DNA of 64,000 nt, taken from Abditibacterium sp. (lineage in GTDB: Bacteria > Armatimonadota > Abditibacteriia > Abditibacteriales > Abditibacteriaceae). How positions within the stretch are numbered: position 1 is the first letter of the stretch; each line of letters opens with the position of its first letter. Both the position numbers and the translations under genes were made by a program. Below, piece by piece: positions 1 through 9,909 of this stretch. The notes beneath the pieces were generated by a model. That model did not search any database. It had not been told where the DNA came from and saw nothing but the letters and a program-made list of their open reading frames with translations. The stretch covers positions 1,536,001 through 1,600,000 of the forward strand of contig CBDASK010000003.1 in NCBI GenBank assembly GCA_965199495.1, written 5' to 3'.

Positions 1-1
1 C

Positions 2-1141
2 CCGACGATCAAAGCGTCGTGGGCCGACGGGCGCACCATCGAAGGCACGCCCAATCATCGCGTGAAAGTCGCCAACGCTCAAGGCTACGATTGGAAACGC
101 TTGGACGCTTTGGAAGCGGGCGATTACGTTTCGGTGAAGTTGGGCGCGAATCTGTGGGCGGACAAAGACGCGAATTTGCTCGACGGCTTCGAGGCGTCGG
201 CGCTTTATGGTTGCCAGAAAACGATTACTCTGCCCGCGAAAATGACGCCGGATTTGGCGCGTTTCTTGGGAATGTATATCGCCGAAGGCAACATGACACG
301 CAGCAACTACATGGTGCGCGTGACTAACCTCAACGCCGAAGTTTTGAGCGCGTGCGAACGCATCGTTTTCGAGACGTTTGGCATTACGGGGCGCGTCGAA
401 ACCGACAAGCGCAACGGCGTGACGAGTTGGGTTTGCGCGTCCAAATCATTGTGCGAGTTTCTGACGCACATCGGCGCGGGCGGCGATTCGAGTAGCAAGC
501 AAATCCCGTGGTCGGTTTTGCAGTCGAGCGAAACCTGCGTGCGCGAATTTATCGGCGGTTTGTGGCTCGACGGCTACATTCGTCAAGACGGTATGACGGC
601 GATTTGTCTCAACTCGCCCGAACTGTTGCGGCAACTGCAAGTCGTGCTGAATAACTTCGGTTTGCGCGCGCAACTGATTCAAAAATACAACAAGGTTTAC
701 GACAAGTTCTTTCACGAACTCGGTTTGCACGGCGCCGATTCGCGTCGCTTTGGCGAACTGTTCCGTTTGGACGACGCGCACAAAACCGAGGCATTGGCCA
801 AATTGTGCGAAGTCGCCAAAAAAGTCGATGCGGTTCACTCGGACGTAATTCCGGCGTTCCGCGCCGAAATTCAGGCGTTCGTGCGCGCCAAACACGATAC
901 GCAACGGTTCCGCAACATCTTCGATGCGCGCACCAAACATCTATCGCGTCATACCGTGGCCGCCGTGGCTGCATTCTACGGCGAAGAGTTGTTCAAAGCG
1001 ATTCCCGACTTGCGCGAGATCATGGACAACAACATTCACTTCGTCGCCCTGCGCGAAATCGAAGAAGGATTCGCGCCGGTTTACGATTTCCAGGTGCCGA
1101 CCAATCACGCGTTCTTGGGCAACGGCATGATCAATCATAAC
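2..1141 (+). mobile_element. Intein with LAGLIDADG homing endonuclease (N-terminus outside window)
   Basis: Block B TPNH (47-58), LAGLIDADG-like LGMYIAEG and IGGLWLDG, block F/G VYDFQVPTNHAFLGNGMINHN followed by +1 Thr (codon 1142-1144). Confidence 0.93.
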
Positions 1142-1909
1142 ACGGTGAATATGCCGCAGGACTGCACAGCCGACGAAATTTATGATGCCTATCTGCAATC
1201 GTGGAAAATGGGCGTGAAAGCGGTCGCGATTTATCGCGATGGCAGCAAGCGCACCCAACCGCTTTCGACGGCTTCGGACGCGCAAAAGGCCGAAAAAGCC
1301 GACAAGAAAGAAAGCGAAATCCGCCGCGCCGCGCGTCGCAAACTGCCCGACGAGCGCAATAGCATCACGCATAAATTCTCGATCGCCGGGCAGGAAGGTT
1401 ATTTCATGGTCGGTTTGTATGAAGACGGTTCGCCGGGCGAAATCTTCATCAAAATGTCGAAGGAAGGTTCGACGATTTCGGGCTTGATGGATTCGTTTGC
1501 GGTCGCGGTCTCGATGTGTTTGCAATACGGCGTGCCGTTGCGCGTTTTGGTGAATAAATTCTCGCACACGCGCTTCGAGCCGTCGGGCTACACCACTAAC
1601 CGCGATATTCCAATCGCCAAATCGTTGATGGATTACATCTTCCGTTGGTTCGACCTGAAGTTTCATCCCAACGGCGACAACGGTTACGCGGGCAAAGTTA
1701 CAGCGACGGTCGTGCATGCCGCCTTGCCCGAAGCTTCGCTGTTTGAGAGCGAGGGCGGCGGCAATCACGGTAACGTCGGCAACGCGCAACGCGAAGTCTC
1801 GCAGATGCAGCAGGACGCGCCGCCGTGTCCCGATTGCGGCGCGCTGACGGTTCGTAGCGGCGCCTGTTACAAATGTAACGAGTGCGGCGCCACGACCGGT
1901 TGCGGTTAA
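2..1909 (+). CDS. nrdJ: Class II (B12-dependent) ribonucleotide reductase, 5'-truncated by the window, intein-containing
   Basis: After the intein: TVNMP..AY..SWKMGVKAVAIYRDGSK..QPL, then a C-terminal domain (RRKLPDERNSITHKF..GEIFI) and a Zn ribbon CPDCG..CYKCNECG. Frame is open from base 2. Confidence 0.92.
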   Translation, partial: PTIKASWADGRTIEGTPNHRVKVANAQGYDWKRLDALEAGDYVSVKLGANLWADKDANLLDGFEASALYGCQKTITLPAKMTPDLARFLGMYIAEGNMTRSNYMVRVTNLNAEVLSACERIVFETFGITGRVETDKRNGVTSWVCASKSLCEFLTHIGAGGDSSSKQIPWSVLQSSETCVREFIGGLWLDGYIRQDGMTAICLNSPELLRQLQVVLNNFGLRAQLIQKYNKVYDKFFHELGLHGADSRRFGELFRLDDAHKTEALAKLCEVAKKVDAVHSDVIPAFRAEIQAFVRAKHDTQRFRNIFDARTKHLSRHTVAAVAAFYGEELFKAIPDLREIMDNNIHFVALREIEEGFAPVYDFQVPTNHAFLGNGMINHNTVNMPQDCTADEIYDAYLQSWKMGVKAVAIYRDGSKRTQPLSTASDAQKAEKADKKESEIRRAARRKLPDERNSITHKFSIAGQEGYFMVGLYEDGSPGEIFIKMSKEGSTISGLMDSFAVAVSMCLQYGVPLRVLVNKFSHTRFEPSGYTTNRDIPIAKSLMDYIFRWFDLKFHPNGDNGYAGKVTATVVHAALPEASLFESEGGGNHGNVGNAQREVSQMQQDAPPCPDCGALTVRSGACYKCNECGATTGCG

Positions 1910-1911
1910 AC

Positions 1912-1945
1912 AAAAGAGGACGCGGCGCAAGTCGCGTCCTCTTTT
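1912..1945. terminator. Intrinsic terminator
   Basis: AAAAGAGGACGCG-loop-CGCGTCCTCTTTT directly after the nrdJ stop. Confidence 0.8.
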
Positions 1946-1967
1946 CATTTACTTTTGAGGAGAAAAC

Positions 1968-2432
1968 ATGAATCAATGGAGAATGGCGTTTCGCGTGGGA
2001 GCCGATGGCACAGAGTTGTGGCCGCAGTGCAAAACTCTGGGTATCGCCGCCATCACTTACAAGCCGCTGGCCGAGACCGATCTCTCGCAATTTGCGCAGG
2101 GTGAACCAGAGGCAGATTGGAGAAAATTGGAGTCGTCTCAGAAATTTAGCCTAAAAGCCGTCGCTTACGAGATGAAGGCGGACGACGTTATTTATGTTAA
2201 ACAAGGGCCGATGATTATCTGGCGCGGACGAGTGACTGGCTCTTACCAATTCGACGCGGACTACCGAATCGTCGATGAGTTTGGGACGCCGTGGCCGCAT
2301 CAAGTTCCAGTAGAGTGGGAGCGTAACTTCCTGCCCGCGAAAATGAAGCTGGGAGCCGAAATGTCCACGGTTAAACGGTTGACCGAAGAAAACATCGCGG
2401 ATTTGGAGAAAGTTTTTGGCTCGCCCAAATAA
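1968..2432 (+). CDS. Hypothetical protein
   Basis: 154-aa ORF with GAGGAG upstream; no family recognised with confidence. Confidence 0.7.
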   Translation: MNQWRMAFRVGADGTELWPQCKTLGIAAITYKPLAETDLSQFAQGEPEADWRKLESSQKFSLKAVAYEMKADDVIYVKQGPMIIWRGRVTGSYQFDADYRIVDEFGTPWPHQVPVEWERNFLPAKMKLGAEMSTVKRLTEENIADLEKVFGSPK

Positions 2433-2477
2433 GTAAATAAAAAGGGACGCGATTTCATCGCGTCCCTTTTTATTTAC
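2433..2477. terminator. Bidirectional intrinsic terminator
   Basis: GTAAATAAAAAGGGACGCGAT-ttc-ATCGCGTCCCTTTTTATTTAC between convergent genes. Confidence 0.85.
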
Positions 2478-2484
2478 CGGATTC

Positions 2485-5286
2485 TCATTTCGCCACATAA
2501 ACCCGATACTTCCAACCATCCAATTTCAACGTCGGCGACGCATTTAGACTGACTTTGGAACTATGAAACGCATCAGCGTATTGCCCCGCGACATCGGTGC
2601 TTTTCAGCGTCACGGTTTGCGGTTGTTCGCTCAGATTGACCACGACCAAAACTTTGTTTTTGCCGTTTTGTCGCGTAAAAGCGTAAATTTTGTCGTCGTT
2701 ATCGGTCGCGATTTTGGCGAAACTGCCGCTCGAAAGCGCCGGATTATTCTGGTAAAGTTCCAGCAAATGATGATAAAACGGGTAAACCGCCGACCCGGCG
2801 CGCGCAGCAGCCACGGGCGACGGATCGGTTTTGGAAAAGCTCAATTCTTGCCCGTTATACAAGAGAGGTTTGCCCGGTAAAGTCGCGTTCAAAACCATTA
2901 ACGGCGCGACTTGCGGCATACCCGGTTTGACTTCGACCGGCGTGCCGGTGCCCCAGCCCCAATCGGCGTGCGGGTGCCAATCGTGGTTGTCCACGAAACG
3001 CATCAAAACCGAGCCGACCGGATAATCGCGCGCCTCGCGGCGCAACTGATCGTCAATGGCCGTGGCCGGTTTGCGACCGGCGGTGATGTCCCACAAAATC
3101 GGCGGCATCGCCCAATCGTAGCTCATATCGAACGCCGGATGAATGCCGGGATTATCGGCTTCGGCCAGCATAAAAACCGGCTTGATTTTCGTCAACTGCG
3201 GACGCAACCACTGCCAGAACTCAACCGGCACGCGGCCATTGCTGCCCGCGACATCGGCGCGAAATCCATCAACGCCGTAATCGCGCACCCACATTGCCAT
3301 GTTGTCGCGCATCAAATTCCACAACGGCTGATTCCAAGCGCCCGCTTTTCCATAATCGAGCTGCGCGACATCGGGCCAATTATAGGCTTGCATAATTTCG
3401 CCCGCCGCGTTTTTGGCGTAGAATTCGGGATGCTCTTTGATCCACGCATTGTCCCACGCAGTATGATTGGGCACCCAATCCATTATCACCCGCAAACCCA
3501 ATTTATGAGCGCTGTCAACCAATTGTTTGAACTCGGCTTTGGTGCCGAAATCGGGATTGATCGCGGTGTAATCGCGCACAGAATAGGGACTGCCGAAACC
3601 TTTCTCGGTGCCGCGCGGGTGCAGAGGCATAAACCACACGATGCCCACGCCCATCGCTTTGAGCGAGGGCAAATGCTGCTCGAATTCGCTCAAAGCCTGG
3701 CCTTTGGGAAATGAATACAAGTCGAGATTGACTTCATAAATCGACTGGTTTTTCGCCCAATCTGGCCCGGCGACAGTTTGCGTGGTGAGTGGGCCATTCA
3801 TTTTCAAAGGCAGACCGGGCGCCGACAGCAAATACGGCTGATATTTCTGTGCGCTCACCGTGAAGGGCGGCGACGTGGCTGCTAATCCGCCCGCGCCAAA
3901 ACGCGTGGTTTTGGAGCCGTCGGTCAAATCGAATTGATAGCTCAAATCGCTCTTGCGATTCCACGGTACATTGGCAACATAATACGAATAATACGCGTCC
4001 GTCATGGTCAAGCGGGCCGCATATTTCTGGCCCGCCGCTTCGACCGCGACGCTTTTCAAGTCGTCGGGCCGCGCGCGCAACACCAGCGCGATTTGACCGT
4101 TATCGTAACCCAAATCGCGCGGGCCATGCGGATGAAAGAGCGCTTTAGTCGCCGTCACGCCATCATCGGAATTGGCGGGTTTGTCGTAACCAACCGGCTT
4201 GATGAAAAGCACCGAGTTATCGTTGACTTTATCGGTTTCGTCGCGCGGCGCGTTGGAGTCAGCGACCCAATCTTCGCTGTTCGCGCCGAATTTGACGAAT
4301 TTGTAAAGATAGCGCCCCGGCGCGAGCGGCAAAGTCAAGCGCCACGTCAAACCGTCGGCATCAGCATGAAGCGGATTAGCGGTGTTCTTCCAACCGTTGA
4401 ATGTGCCGACGACAGCGACGCTTTTCAAAGGTTTATCGGCCTTGAAGACGAACGCGTGCGGCACGTCGCTCGGCTCGCCGGTTGTGCCCGCGCCCGCCGC
4501 GATTTCGTTGACCGGCGCCGGGGCATCGGCATCGGCGACAACGCCGCCCAGAGGCAACAAATCTTTGGGCTGCGCCACGACCAAAAGCGAGTTGTCATTG
4601 ACTTTATCTGTCTCGTCGCGCGGCGCTTTGGGGTCAACGATCCAATCGCTTTCGTCGGGCGCAAAGGGCGCGAACTTGTAAACATAACGGCCCGGCGCGA
4701 GCGGCAAACTCAGGCGCCACGAGAATCCGCCGTCGCCGCTCACCATCGCGTTTTTGGTTTTGTCCCAACCGTTGAAACTGCCGACCAACTGAAGTTTGTC
4801 CAGTTTTTTGGCGGATTTGTAAGCGAACGGTTGCGCGATGATTTGCACCATCGAATTGCCGTAAGTCGTGTCTTCCAGGTCTTTGGGCGCATTCGGATCG
4901 GCGATATATTCGCTGCCATCGGGCGCGAATTTATAGTCGTAGCGACCGGGCGGAAGCGGCACGCTAACACGCCACGTCAGACCATCGGCATCGGCTTTCA
5001 TCGGGTTTTGCGTGGCGTTCCAGCCGTTGAAAGTGCCGACCAGCGCGACGCTTTTTAATTTTTTATCGGCTTTGTAAACGAACTCGTGAGGCACCATGCC
5101 CTGTTCGGGTTGCGCGCCCCATTTCGGGTTGGCGAGCGCATCGGCGACGAGCTTGACTTTGGCGGGATTGAGCGCGGTCGGCGCCAAATCTGCCGAGCGG
5201 CTGCAACCAGCCACGCCGACAAGCGCGAGCGCTAAAAACGGCAGCGTGGTTTGGCGAAAGGGAAATTTCCTGTTTTTCTTCATCAT
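2485..5286 (-). CDS. GH13 alpha-amylase-family lipoprotein with three CBM48-like glycogen-binding repeats
   Basis: Lipobox VAGC; three V.LVG.FNGW..W..LPL.PGRY.YKF repeats; GH13 motifs DWVPNH, GFRADVA, LAEA, FVDNHD. Confidence 0.9.
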   Translation of the reverse strand: MMKKNRKFPFRQTTLPFLALALVGVAGCSRSADLAPTALNPAKVKLVADALANPKWGAQPEQGMVPHEFVYKADKKLKSVALVGTFNGWNATQNPMKADADGLTWRVSVPLPPGRYDYKFAPDGSEYIADPNAPKDLEDTTYGNSMVQIIAQPFAYKSAKKLDKLQLVGSFNGWDKTKNAMVSGDGGFSWRLSLPLAPGRYVYKFAPFAPDESDWIVDPKAPRDETDKVNDNSLLVVAQPKDLLPLGGVVADADAPAPVNEIAAGAGTTGEPSDVPHAFVFKADKPLKSVAVVGTFNGWKNTANPLHADADGLTWRLTLPLAPGRYLYKFVKFGANSEDWVADSNAPRDETDKVNDNSVLFIKPVGYDKPANSDDGVTATKALFHPHGPRDLGYDNGQIALVLRARPDDLKSVAVEAAGQKYAARLTMTDAYYSYYVANVPWNRKSDLSYQFDLTDGSKTTRFGAGGLAATSPPFTVSAQKYQPYLLSAPGLPLKMNGPLTTQTVAGPDWAKNQSIYEVNLDLYSFPKGQALSEFEQHLPSLKAMGVGIVWFMPLHPRGTEKGFGSPYSVRDYTAINPDFGTKAEFKQLVDSAHKLGLRVIMDWVPNHTAWDNAWIKEHPEFYAKNAAGEIMQAYNWPDVAQLDYGKAGAWNQPLWNLMRDNMAMWVRDYGVDGFRADVAGSNGRVPVEFWQWLRPQLTKIKPVFMLAEADNPGIHPAFDMSYDWAMPPILWDITAGRKPATAIDDQLRREARDYPVGSVLMRFVDNHDWHPHADWGWGTGTPVEVKPGMPQVAPLMVLNATLPGKPLLYNGQELSFSKTDPSPVAAARAGSAVYPFYHHLLELYQNNPALSSGSFAKIATDNDDKIYAFTRQNGKNKVLVVVNLSEQPQTVTLKSTDVAGQYADAFHSSKVSLNASPTLKLDGWKYRVYVAK

Positions 5287-5369
5287 TTGGGTCGGGAAAA
5301 AGGCAAACGGAGCGTGAAATTGATTTCACGCTCCGTCGTTAAAAGTTTCGGGGCGCCAGAGCGCGCCAT

Positions 5370-6131
5370 TTACTTCAAGCGATTCTGCTGCTCGCCCAGA
5401 GCGTCGCGCAAAATCGTCGGCACCGCGTCCGTCGTCGGGTTGACCGTCCACATATTGGCGCCCGTCACGGTCGCCATCGGTTTGAGCGACTTGACGTGGC
5501 CATCGGCAAACAGGAAATTCGTCATGCCCAGATGATTTTGGAAATTGGTATTGCTGCCACCCGCCAAATCTTCGACCTGATACAAATCCGCGTTGTTGGC
5601 GTTATCGGAGTGTTCCAAAACCAGAATCGTCTGCGAGGAACTTTCCAACTGCGCCAGCGCCGCGCCACCCGAAACGGGACGATCAATCTCGCCACGATTC
5701 ATCGGACGAATGCCGCCCGCGTTGGCGCTGGCCGGACTACCCGCGCCGACGCCCGGCTGATACGAGCCGCCGCCGTTGCACATATAAGACGCCGACGCCG
5801 CCGCCGCGTTGTTGACTGTTGTCGTTGGCGTGTAGGATGGGCACTTGAACACCTGCCAGCTTTTGATGTAGGGCTGAACGGTGTAATGCCACGGATAAGC
5901 GCCGTTGTCCCAGCAGGCGAAAGGCAGTTTTTCGTCGTAATCCTGCGTGTATTGCAAAATGCCCAGACCGATCTGCTTGAGATTGCTGGTGCATGAACTG
6001 CGCCGCGCGTTTTCGCGGGCACGCGCGAAAACGGGAAACAGAATCGCCGCCAAAATGGCGATAATCGCGATAACAACGAGAAGCTCGATCAAAGTAAATG
6101 CAGAGTTTTTGTGTGAGGAAATTTTGAACAT
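5370..6131 (-). CDS. Prepilin-type N-terminal cleavage / DUF1559 protein with H-X9-DG motif
   Basis: [46 protein letters not shown]-terminal [15 protein letters not shown]. Confidence 0.92.
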   Translation of the reverse strand: MFKISSHKNSAFTLIELLVVIAIIAILAAILFPVFARARENARRSSCTSNLKQIGLGILQYTQDYDEKLPFACWDNGAYPWHYTVQPYIKSWQVFKCPSYTPTTTVNNAAAASASYMCNGGGSYQPGVGAGSPASANAGGIRPMNRGEIDRPVSGGAALAQLESSSQTILVLEHSDNANNADLYQVEDLAGGSNTNFQNHLGMTNFLFADGHVKSLKPMATVTGANMWTVNPTTDAVPTILRDALGEQQNRLK

Positions 6132-6230
6132 GATGTGCGTGAGCGCGGAACCGAGGCCACGCGAATACGGTTGAAGTTGGGCGCGGCGTCGCGCAGTTGC
6201 AAATAGTTTTGCCGGTTGAATGAGGGGAAC

Positions 6231-7358
6231 TCAAACGGCAACGGGACTGGGAAAATTAGCAAAGTTCGGCCACTTTTGACGGCAGGACAAGCGCGGAATC
6301 AGGCGCATCGGCACCGCGCGATGTTGGCGCTGGGGCGGCAGTTGATCGTGTGCGCGGCTCCACACCAAATCGGCGGCTTCGCGGCCAATCTCGTCCCACG
6401 GCAGGTGCAGCGAAGTGATGTTGTGCCGCCGCGCGGCGGGCGAATTATCGAACGCCACAATGGCGGGCCACTGCGCGCGTGGCACATTGGCGGCAAGCAA
6501 GCCGTCCATGAAACCCAGCGCGACCGCGTCATTGGCAGCCACGACGCCGCGAATGTCGCCGCGCCCCAGCAATTCGCCCGCGAATCCGCGTCCGATGGCG
6601 CGCGCACCCGCCGCGTCATCGTTGGCTTCTTCACGCGGACAAAACGCCATCGCGTGATAGGGCAAACCCGCTTCGGCCAGCGCGCGCGCCCAGCCGTTTT
6701 CGCGCTCGCTCGACCATTCTTTGGCGCTGCTGCCCGACGTGGCTGCATGAACGCCCAGATAAGCGATGCTCCTGAAACCGCGCTCGATCAGATGATGGGT
6801 GGCGCGATAGCCGCCATCTTCGTTATCGAAAGACAACAGATCGAGCTGCTCGCCTGCGCGCCAGTTGCCGCCGATGCGCGCCAGAGGCACGCTCTCATCG
6901 AACAAACCTCGCAGCGAAACCTCGTCGAGCCGCTCTTCGCGCACCAACAAAAACGCGCCGTCAATCTTCAAGTCGCGCCACGAATCGTTGGCCTGCGACA
7001 GCTCCAACGACAAAGCCACGCCGCCGCGCGCCGCCACACGCGAATCGAAACCGATCTGAATCTCCGTCGCGTAAGGATGCGGCGACGCGTCATCAATCAA
7101 AAACACCTGACACGACGCGGCTTCGGCTTCGCCCTGCCCCGCGAACGAACCGACTTTGGGAACCGCGCGAAACAAACCTTCGGCCTCCACCATCTGCAAC
7201 GCCCGATGCGCGATATAACGCGAAACTCCGTGCTGCTGGGCGACAGCACTCACGGTTGGTAACATCGCCCCCGGCTTCAAAGCGCCGCCGACCAACAAAG
7301 CGCGCAGCGATTGCTCTACACCTTGCTGTTGCTCGCGAGTTTCCTGTCGGCTGGCCAT
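6231..7358 (-). CDS. GntR-HTH / LacI-type sugar-binding transcriptional regulator
   Basis: LKPGAMLPTV..VA..HGVSR HTH; DNEDGGY.AT.HL, AANDAVALG, IVAFDN. ATG start chosen at MASRQ. Confidence 0.85.
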   Translation of the reverse strand: MASRQETREQQQGVEQSLRALLVGGALKPGAMLPTVSAVAQQHGVSRYIAHRALQMVEAEGLFRAVPKVGSFAGQGEAEAASCQVFLIDDASPHPYATEIQIGFDSRVAARGGVALSLELSQANDSWRDLKIDGAFLLVREERLDEVSLRGLFDESVPLARIGGNWRAGEQLDLLSFDNEDGGYRATHHLIERGFRSIAYLGVHAATSGSSAKEWSSERENGWARALAEAGLPYHAMAFCPREEANDDAAGARAIGRGFAGELLGRGDIRGVVAANDAVALGFMDGLLAANVPRAQWPAIVAFDNSPAARRHNITSLHLPWDEIGREAADLVWSRAHDQLPPQRQHRAVPMRLIPRLSCRQKWPNFANFPSPVAV

Positions 7359-7642
7359 GATAAATAGAGTATACCCAGATTCAAACAGTTTCAAACATAT
7401 TTTCAGATAGAATTTACATTCTTTATAAGCCAGCAATTTTCAAATTTTGAATGGACGCCTTTGCCTAAATATCGCCGCGCAGAGAAGGGTTGCGGTTAGT
7501 CCGCGAAAAAGGTAAGTTAAAAAGGCTGGCAATAAGAAGGGAATTGTTCAAATTTCCGGCGTTTTCTGCTTTCTAATTCTGGCTGCTGTTTTACTATAAA
7601 GTCTCTTTCAAAACTCATCTGGTTTTGCGATAATTTGTTCAA

Positions 7643-8224
7643 ATGGAACTGACACACGAACGAGGGGCACTCATTCCCGCCAAGCCCGGCCAATTCGCTA
7701 ATCTCGGATGGGCGGCGCTGTGCGCGCTGGGCGGCATCAGTTATGGCTGGGCGCAGCACATTGTAGCGCCGCGCGCGGCTTATATTATCGGCGGCACTTT
7801 GTTGGGCGTGGCTGCGGTATTGGTCGCGATTAATCTCGTCAACTATTTTCGTCTGGAGCGCGAAGGTTGGTGGATGCCCATCGAAGCCGAACCGTTTGGC
7901 GGCGGACGCACGTTGGAAGGCAAAGGCTGGATCGTGGACGTTCAGGACGATCACATTCATACTATCAATCATGGCCGTTACGGGCCAGTTGAAAACATGG
8001 TGCGTCTGGATGCGATTAAGCGCGTGGACGTTTTGGGCGACGGCGCCAGTCTGGTTTTGACCAACGAATTCGTCAATCCTTATATGTCCATCGAATGGGA
8101 TTTTCTGCCCAAAGCCCAACGCATCGCTTTAATTCGTTGGGTACGCGAACACACGCAAAACGCGCTGTTTACGCCGTTCGCCGAAGAGATCGAAAGCGGC
8201 TGGTTTCCGCGCGCCGTGCGTTAG
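7643..8224 (+). CDS. Hypothetical membrane protein
   Basis: Two hydrophobic N-terminal segments. Confidence 0.65.
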   Translation: MELTHERGALIPAKPGQFANLGWAALCALGGISYGWAQHIVAPRAAYIIGGTLLGVAAVLVAINLVNYFRLEREGWWMPIEAEPFGGGRTLEGKGWIVDVQDDHIHTINHGRYGPVENMVRLDAIKRVDVLGDGASLVLTNEFVNPYMSIEWDFLPKAQRIALIRWVREHTQNALFTPFAEEIESGWFPRAVR

Positions 8225-8232
8225 TTATTTTC

Positions 8233-8829
8233 ATGCAAACACCGTTAAATCCCGAACAAATCGAACAGGCATTGCGCGAAAGCGGCGCTTGGTTAGAAGG
8301 TCATTTTCTGCTGGCGTCGGGGCGTCATTCGGCGCAATATATCGAGAAATTTCGTCTGCTCGAACAGCCGCGTTTGACTTCGCAATTGTGCGCTGAAATC
8401 GCGCGGCGCTTTGAAAACGACGACATCGAATGCGTCGTCGGCCCGGTGACGGGCGGCATCATTCTGGCGTTTGAAGTCGCGCGCATTTTGGGCGTGCGCG
8501 CGGTTTACGCCGAACGCGCCGACGACGGCAAAGGTTTCGCGTTGCGGCGTGGCTTTGAACTGAAGCCAAACGAGAAATGTCTGGTCGTCGAAGACATCGT
8601 GACAACCGGCGGCAGCGCGCAAAAAGTCGTCGAATTGGTGCGCGCCAACAACGGCCACGTCGGCGGCGTGGCTCTATTGGTGGATCGTTCCAATGGCGCG
8701 TTGCAAATTGATGCGCCGCGCGTGGAATCGCTGTTGACGATGCAAGTCGAAAGCTGGGCGCCCGGCGAAGCACCGGCGTGGCTCAGCGAAAAATATGGCC
8801 CGGCGCGCAAACCGGGCACGACGAAATAG
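8233..8829 (+). CDS. pyrE: Orotate phosphoribosyltransferase
   Basis: GHFLLASGRHS; PRPP motif LVVEDIVTTGGS. Confidence 0.93.
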   Translation: MQTPLNPEQIEQALRESGAWLEGHFLLASGRHSAQYIEKFRLLEQPRLTSQLCAEIARRFENDDIECVVGPVTGGIILAFEVARILGVRAVYAERADDGKGFALRRGFELKPNEKCLVVEDIVTTGGSAQKVVELVRANNGHVGGVALLVDRSNGALQIDAPRVESLLTMQVESWAPGEAPAWLSEKYGPARKPGTTK

Positions 8830-8832
8830 ATA

Positions 8833-8937
8833 AATATTTGGCCACGAAAAAGCACAAAAGAAACAAAAATTTTGGAGGGGAAATACGCGTTCTTCCAAAC
8901 CTTTTGTTTCTTTTGTGCTTTTTCGTGACTAAATATT
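8833..8937. repeat. Intergenic inverted repeat (purine-rich / pyrimidine-rich arms)
   Basis: CACGAAAAAGCACAAAAGAAACAAAA ... TTTTGTTTCTTTTGTGCTTTTTCGTG. Confidence 0.85.
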
Positions 8938-8940
8938 ATT

Positions 8941-9846
8941 TCAACGCGCCGCCACAATCGCACGCGTGGCGCTTTGCCAACGCGGATAATCGAAGGCAAA
9001 ACCCGCGTCCAACAAACGCGTGGGCACGACGCGGCGGCTTTTGAGCAGTAATTCGGTTTCGGTTTGTCCGATTAATGCGCCAATTTCGAGTTGCCAGCGC
9101 GCCGTTGGCAACGCGTACGGGATTTTCAAAGCGCGCCGCAAAGTCGAGAGAAATTGCGCGTTGGTCAACGGTTGCGGCGCGGCGATATTGATTGGGCCAT
9201 TCAATTCGCTTTCCAATAAAAACGCGACGGCGCGACAGAAATCGTGCAAGTGAATCCACGAAATATATTGTCCGCCGCCCGCCATTGGGCCGCCGAATCC
9301 GAGCTTAACCAAAATCTCGAACGCATCATAAACTCCGCCGCGCGGTGCGCCGAAAACCATCGCCAAGCGCATCGCCACGCGGCGACATTCGACCGGCGCT
9401 GCGAACAAAGTTTGCTCCCATTTTTGGCAAACATCAACCGAAAAACCGTGGCCGATTTCGCCTGATGTTTCGTCCATCGGGCGGTCGCGCGCATCGCGAT
9501 AAATCGTGGCCGACGCCGCATTGAGCCACACGCGCGGCGCCGTGGCTGCATCGTTGACGGCACGCCCAATTAACTTTGTGGTTTGCACGCGCGAATCGAG
9601 AATTTGGCGTTTGTTCTCGGCGTTATAACGGCAATTCACGCTACGCCCAGCCAGATTAATGACGGCATCGGCGCCATCGAATTCGCGTGCCCAATCGCCC
9701 ATTGTTTTGCCGTCCCACGCGACAAATTTGGCGCCCATTTTTGGATCATGGCGCGAAATTACGGTGAGTTCGTGATTGGCGTTTTGTAGAAATGGGACGA
9801 GCGCTTGGCCGAGATAACCCGACGCACCGACGAGAATAATTTTCAT
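8941..9846 (-). CDS. TIGR01777-family NAD-dependent epimerase
   Basis: GASGYLG, AVINLAG, WIHLHD, LLLKSRRVVP.RL. Confidence 0.9.
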   Translation of the reverse strand: MKIILVGASGYLGQALVPFLQNANHELTVISRHDPKMGAKFVAWDGKTMGDWAREFDGADAVINLAGRSVNCRYNAENKRQILDSRVQTTKLIGRAVNDAATAPRVWLNAASATIYRDARDRPMDETSGEIGHGFSVDVCQKWEQTLFAAPVECRRVAMRLAMVFGAPRGGVYDAFEILVKLGFGGPMAGGGQYISWIHLHDFCRAVAFLLESELNGPINIAAPQPLTNAQFLSTLRRALKIPYALPTARWQLEIGALIGQTETELLLKSRRVVPTRLLDAGFAFDYPRWQSATRAIVAAR

Positions 9847-9861
9847 AAAAATTGCGGATGT

Positions 9862-9906
9862 TTTTCCCTCACCCGCCTTCTCGTAGCGAAGGCGGGTGAG
9901 GGAAAA
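9862..9906. repeat. Hairpin of CCCTCACCC REP-like type, possible terminator
   Basis: TTTTCCCTCACCCGCCTTC-loop-GAAGGCGGGTGAGGGAAAA. Confidence 0.7.
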
Positions 9907-9909
9907 CCT

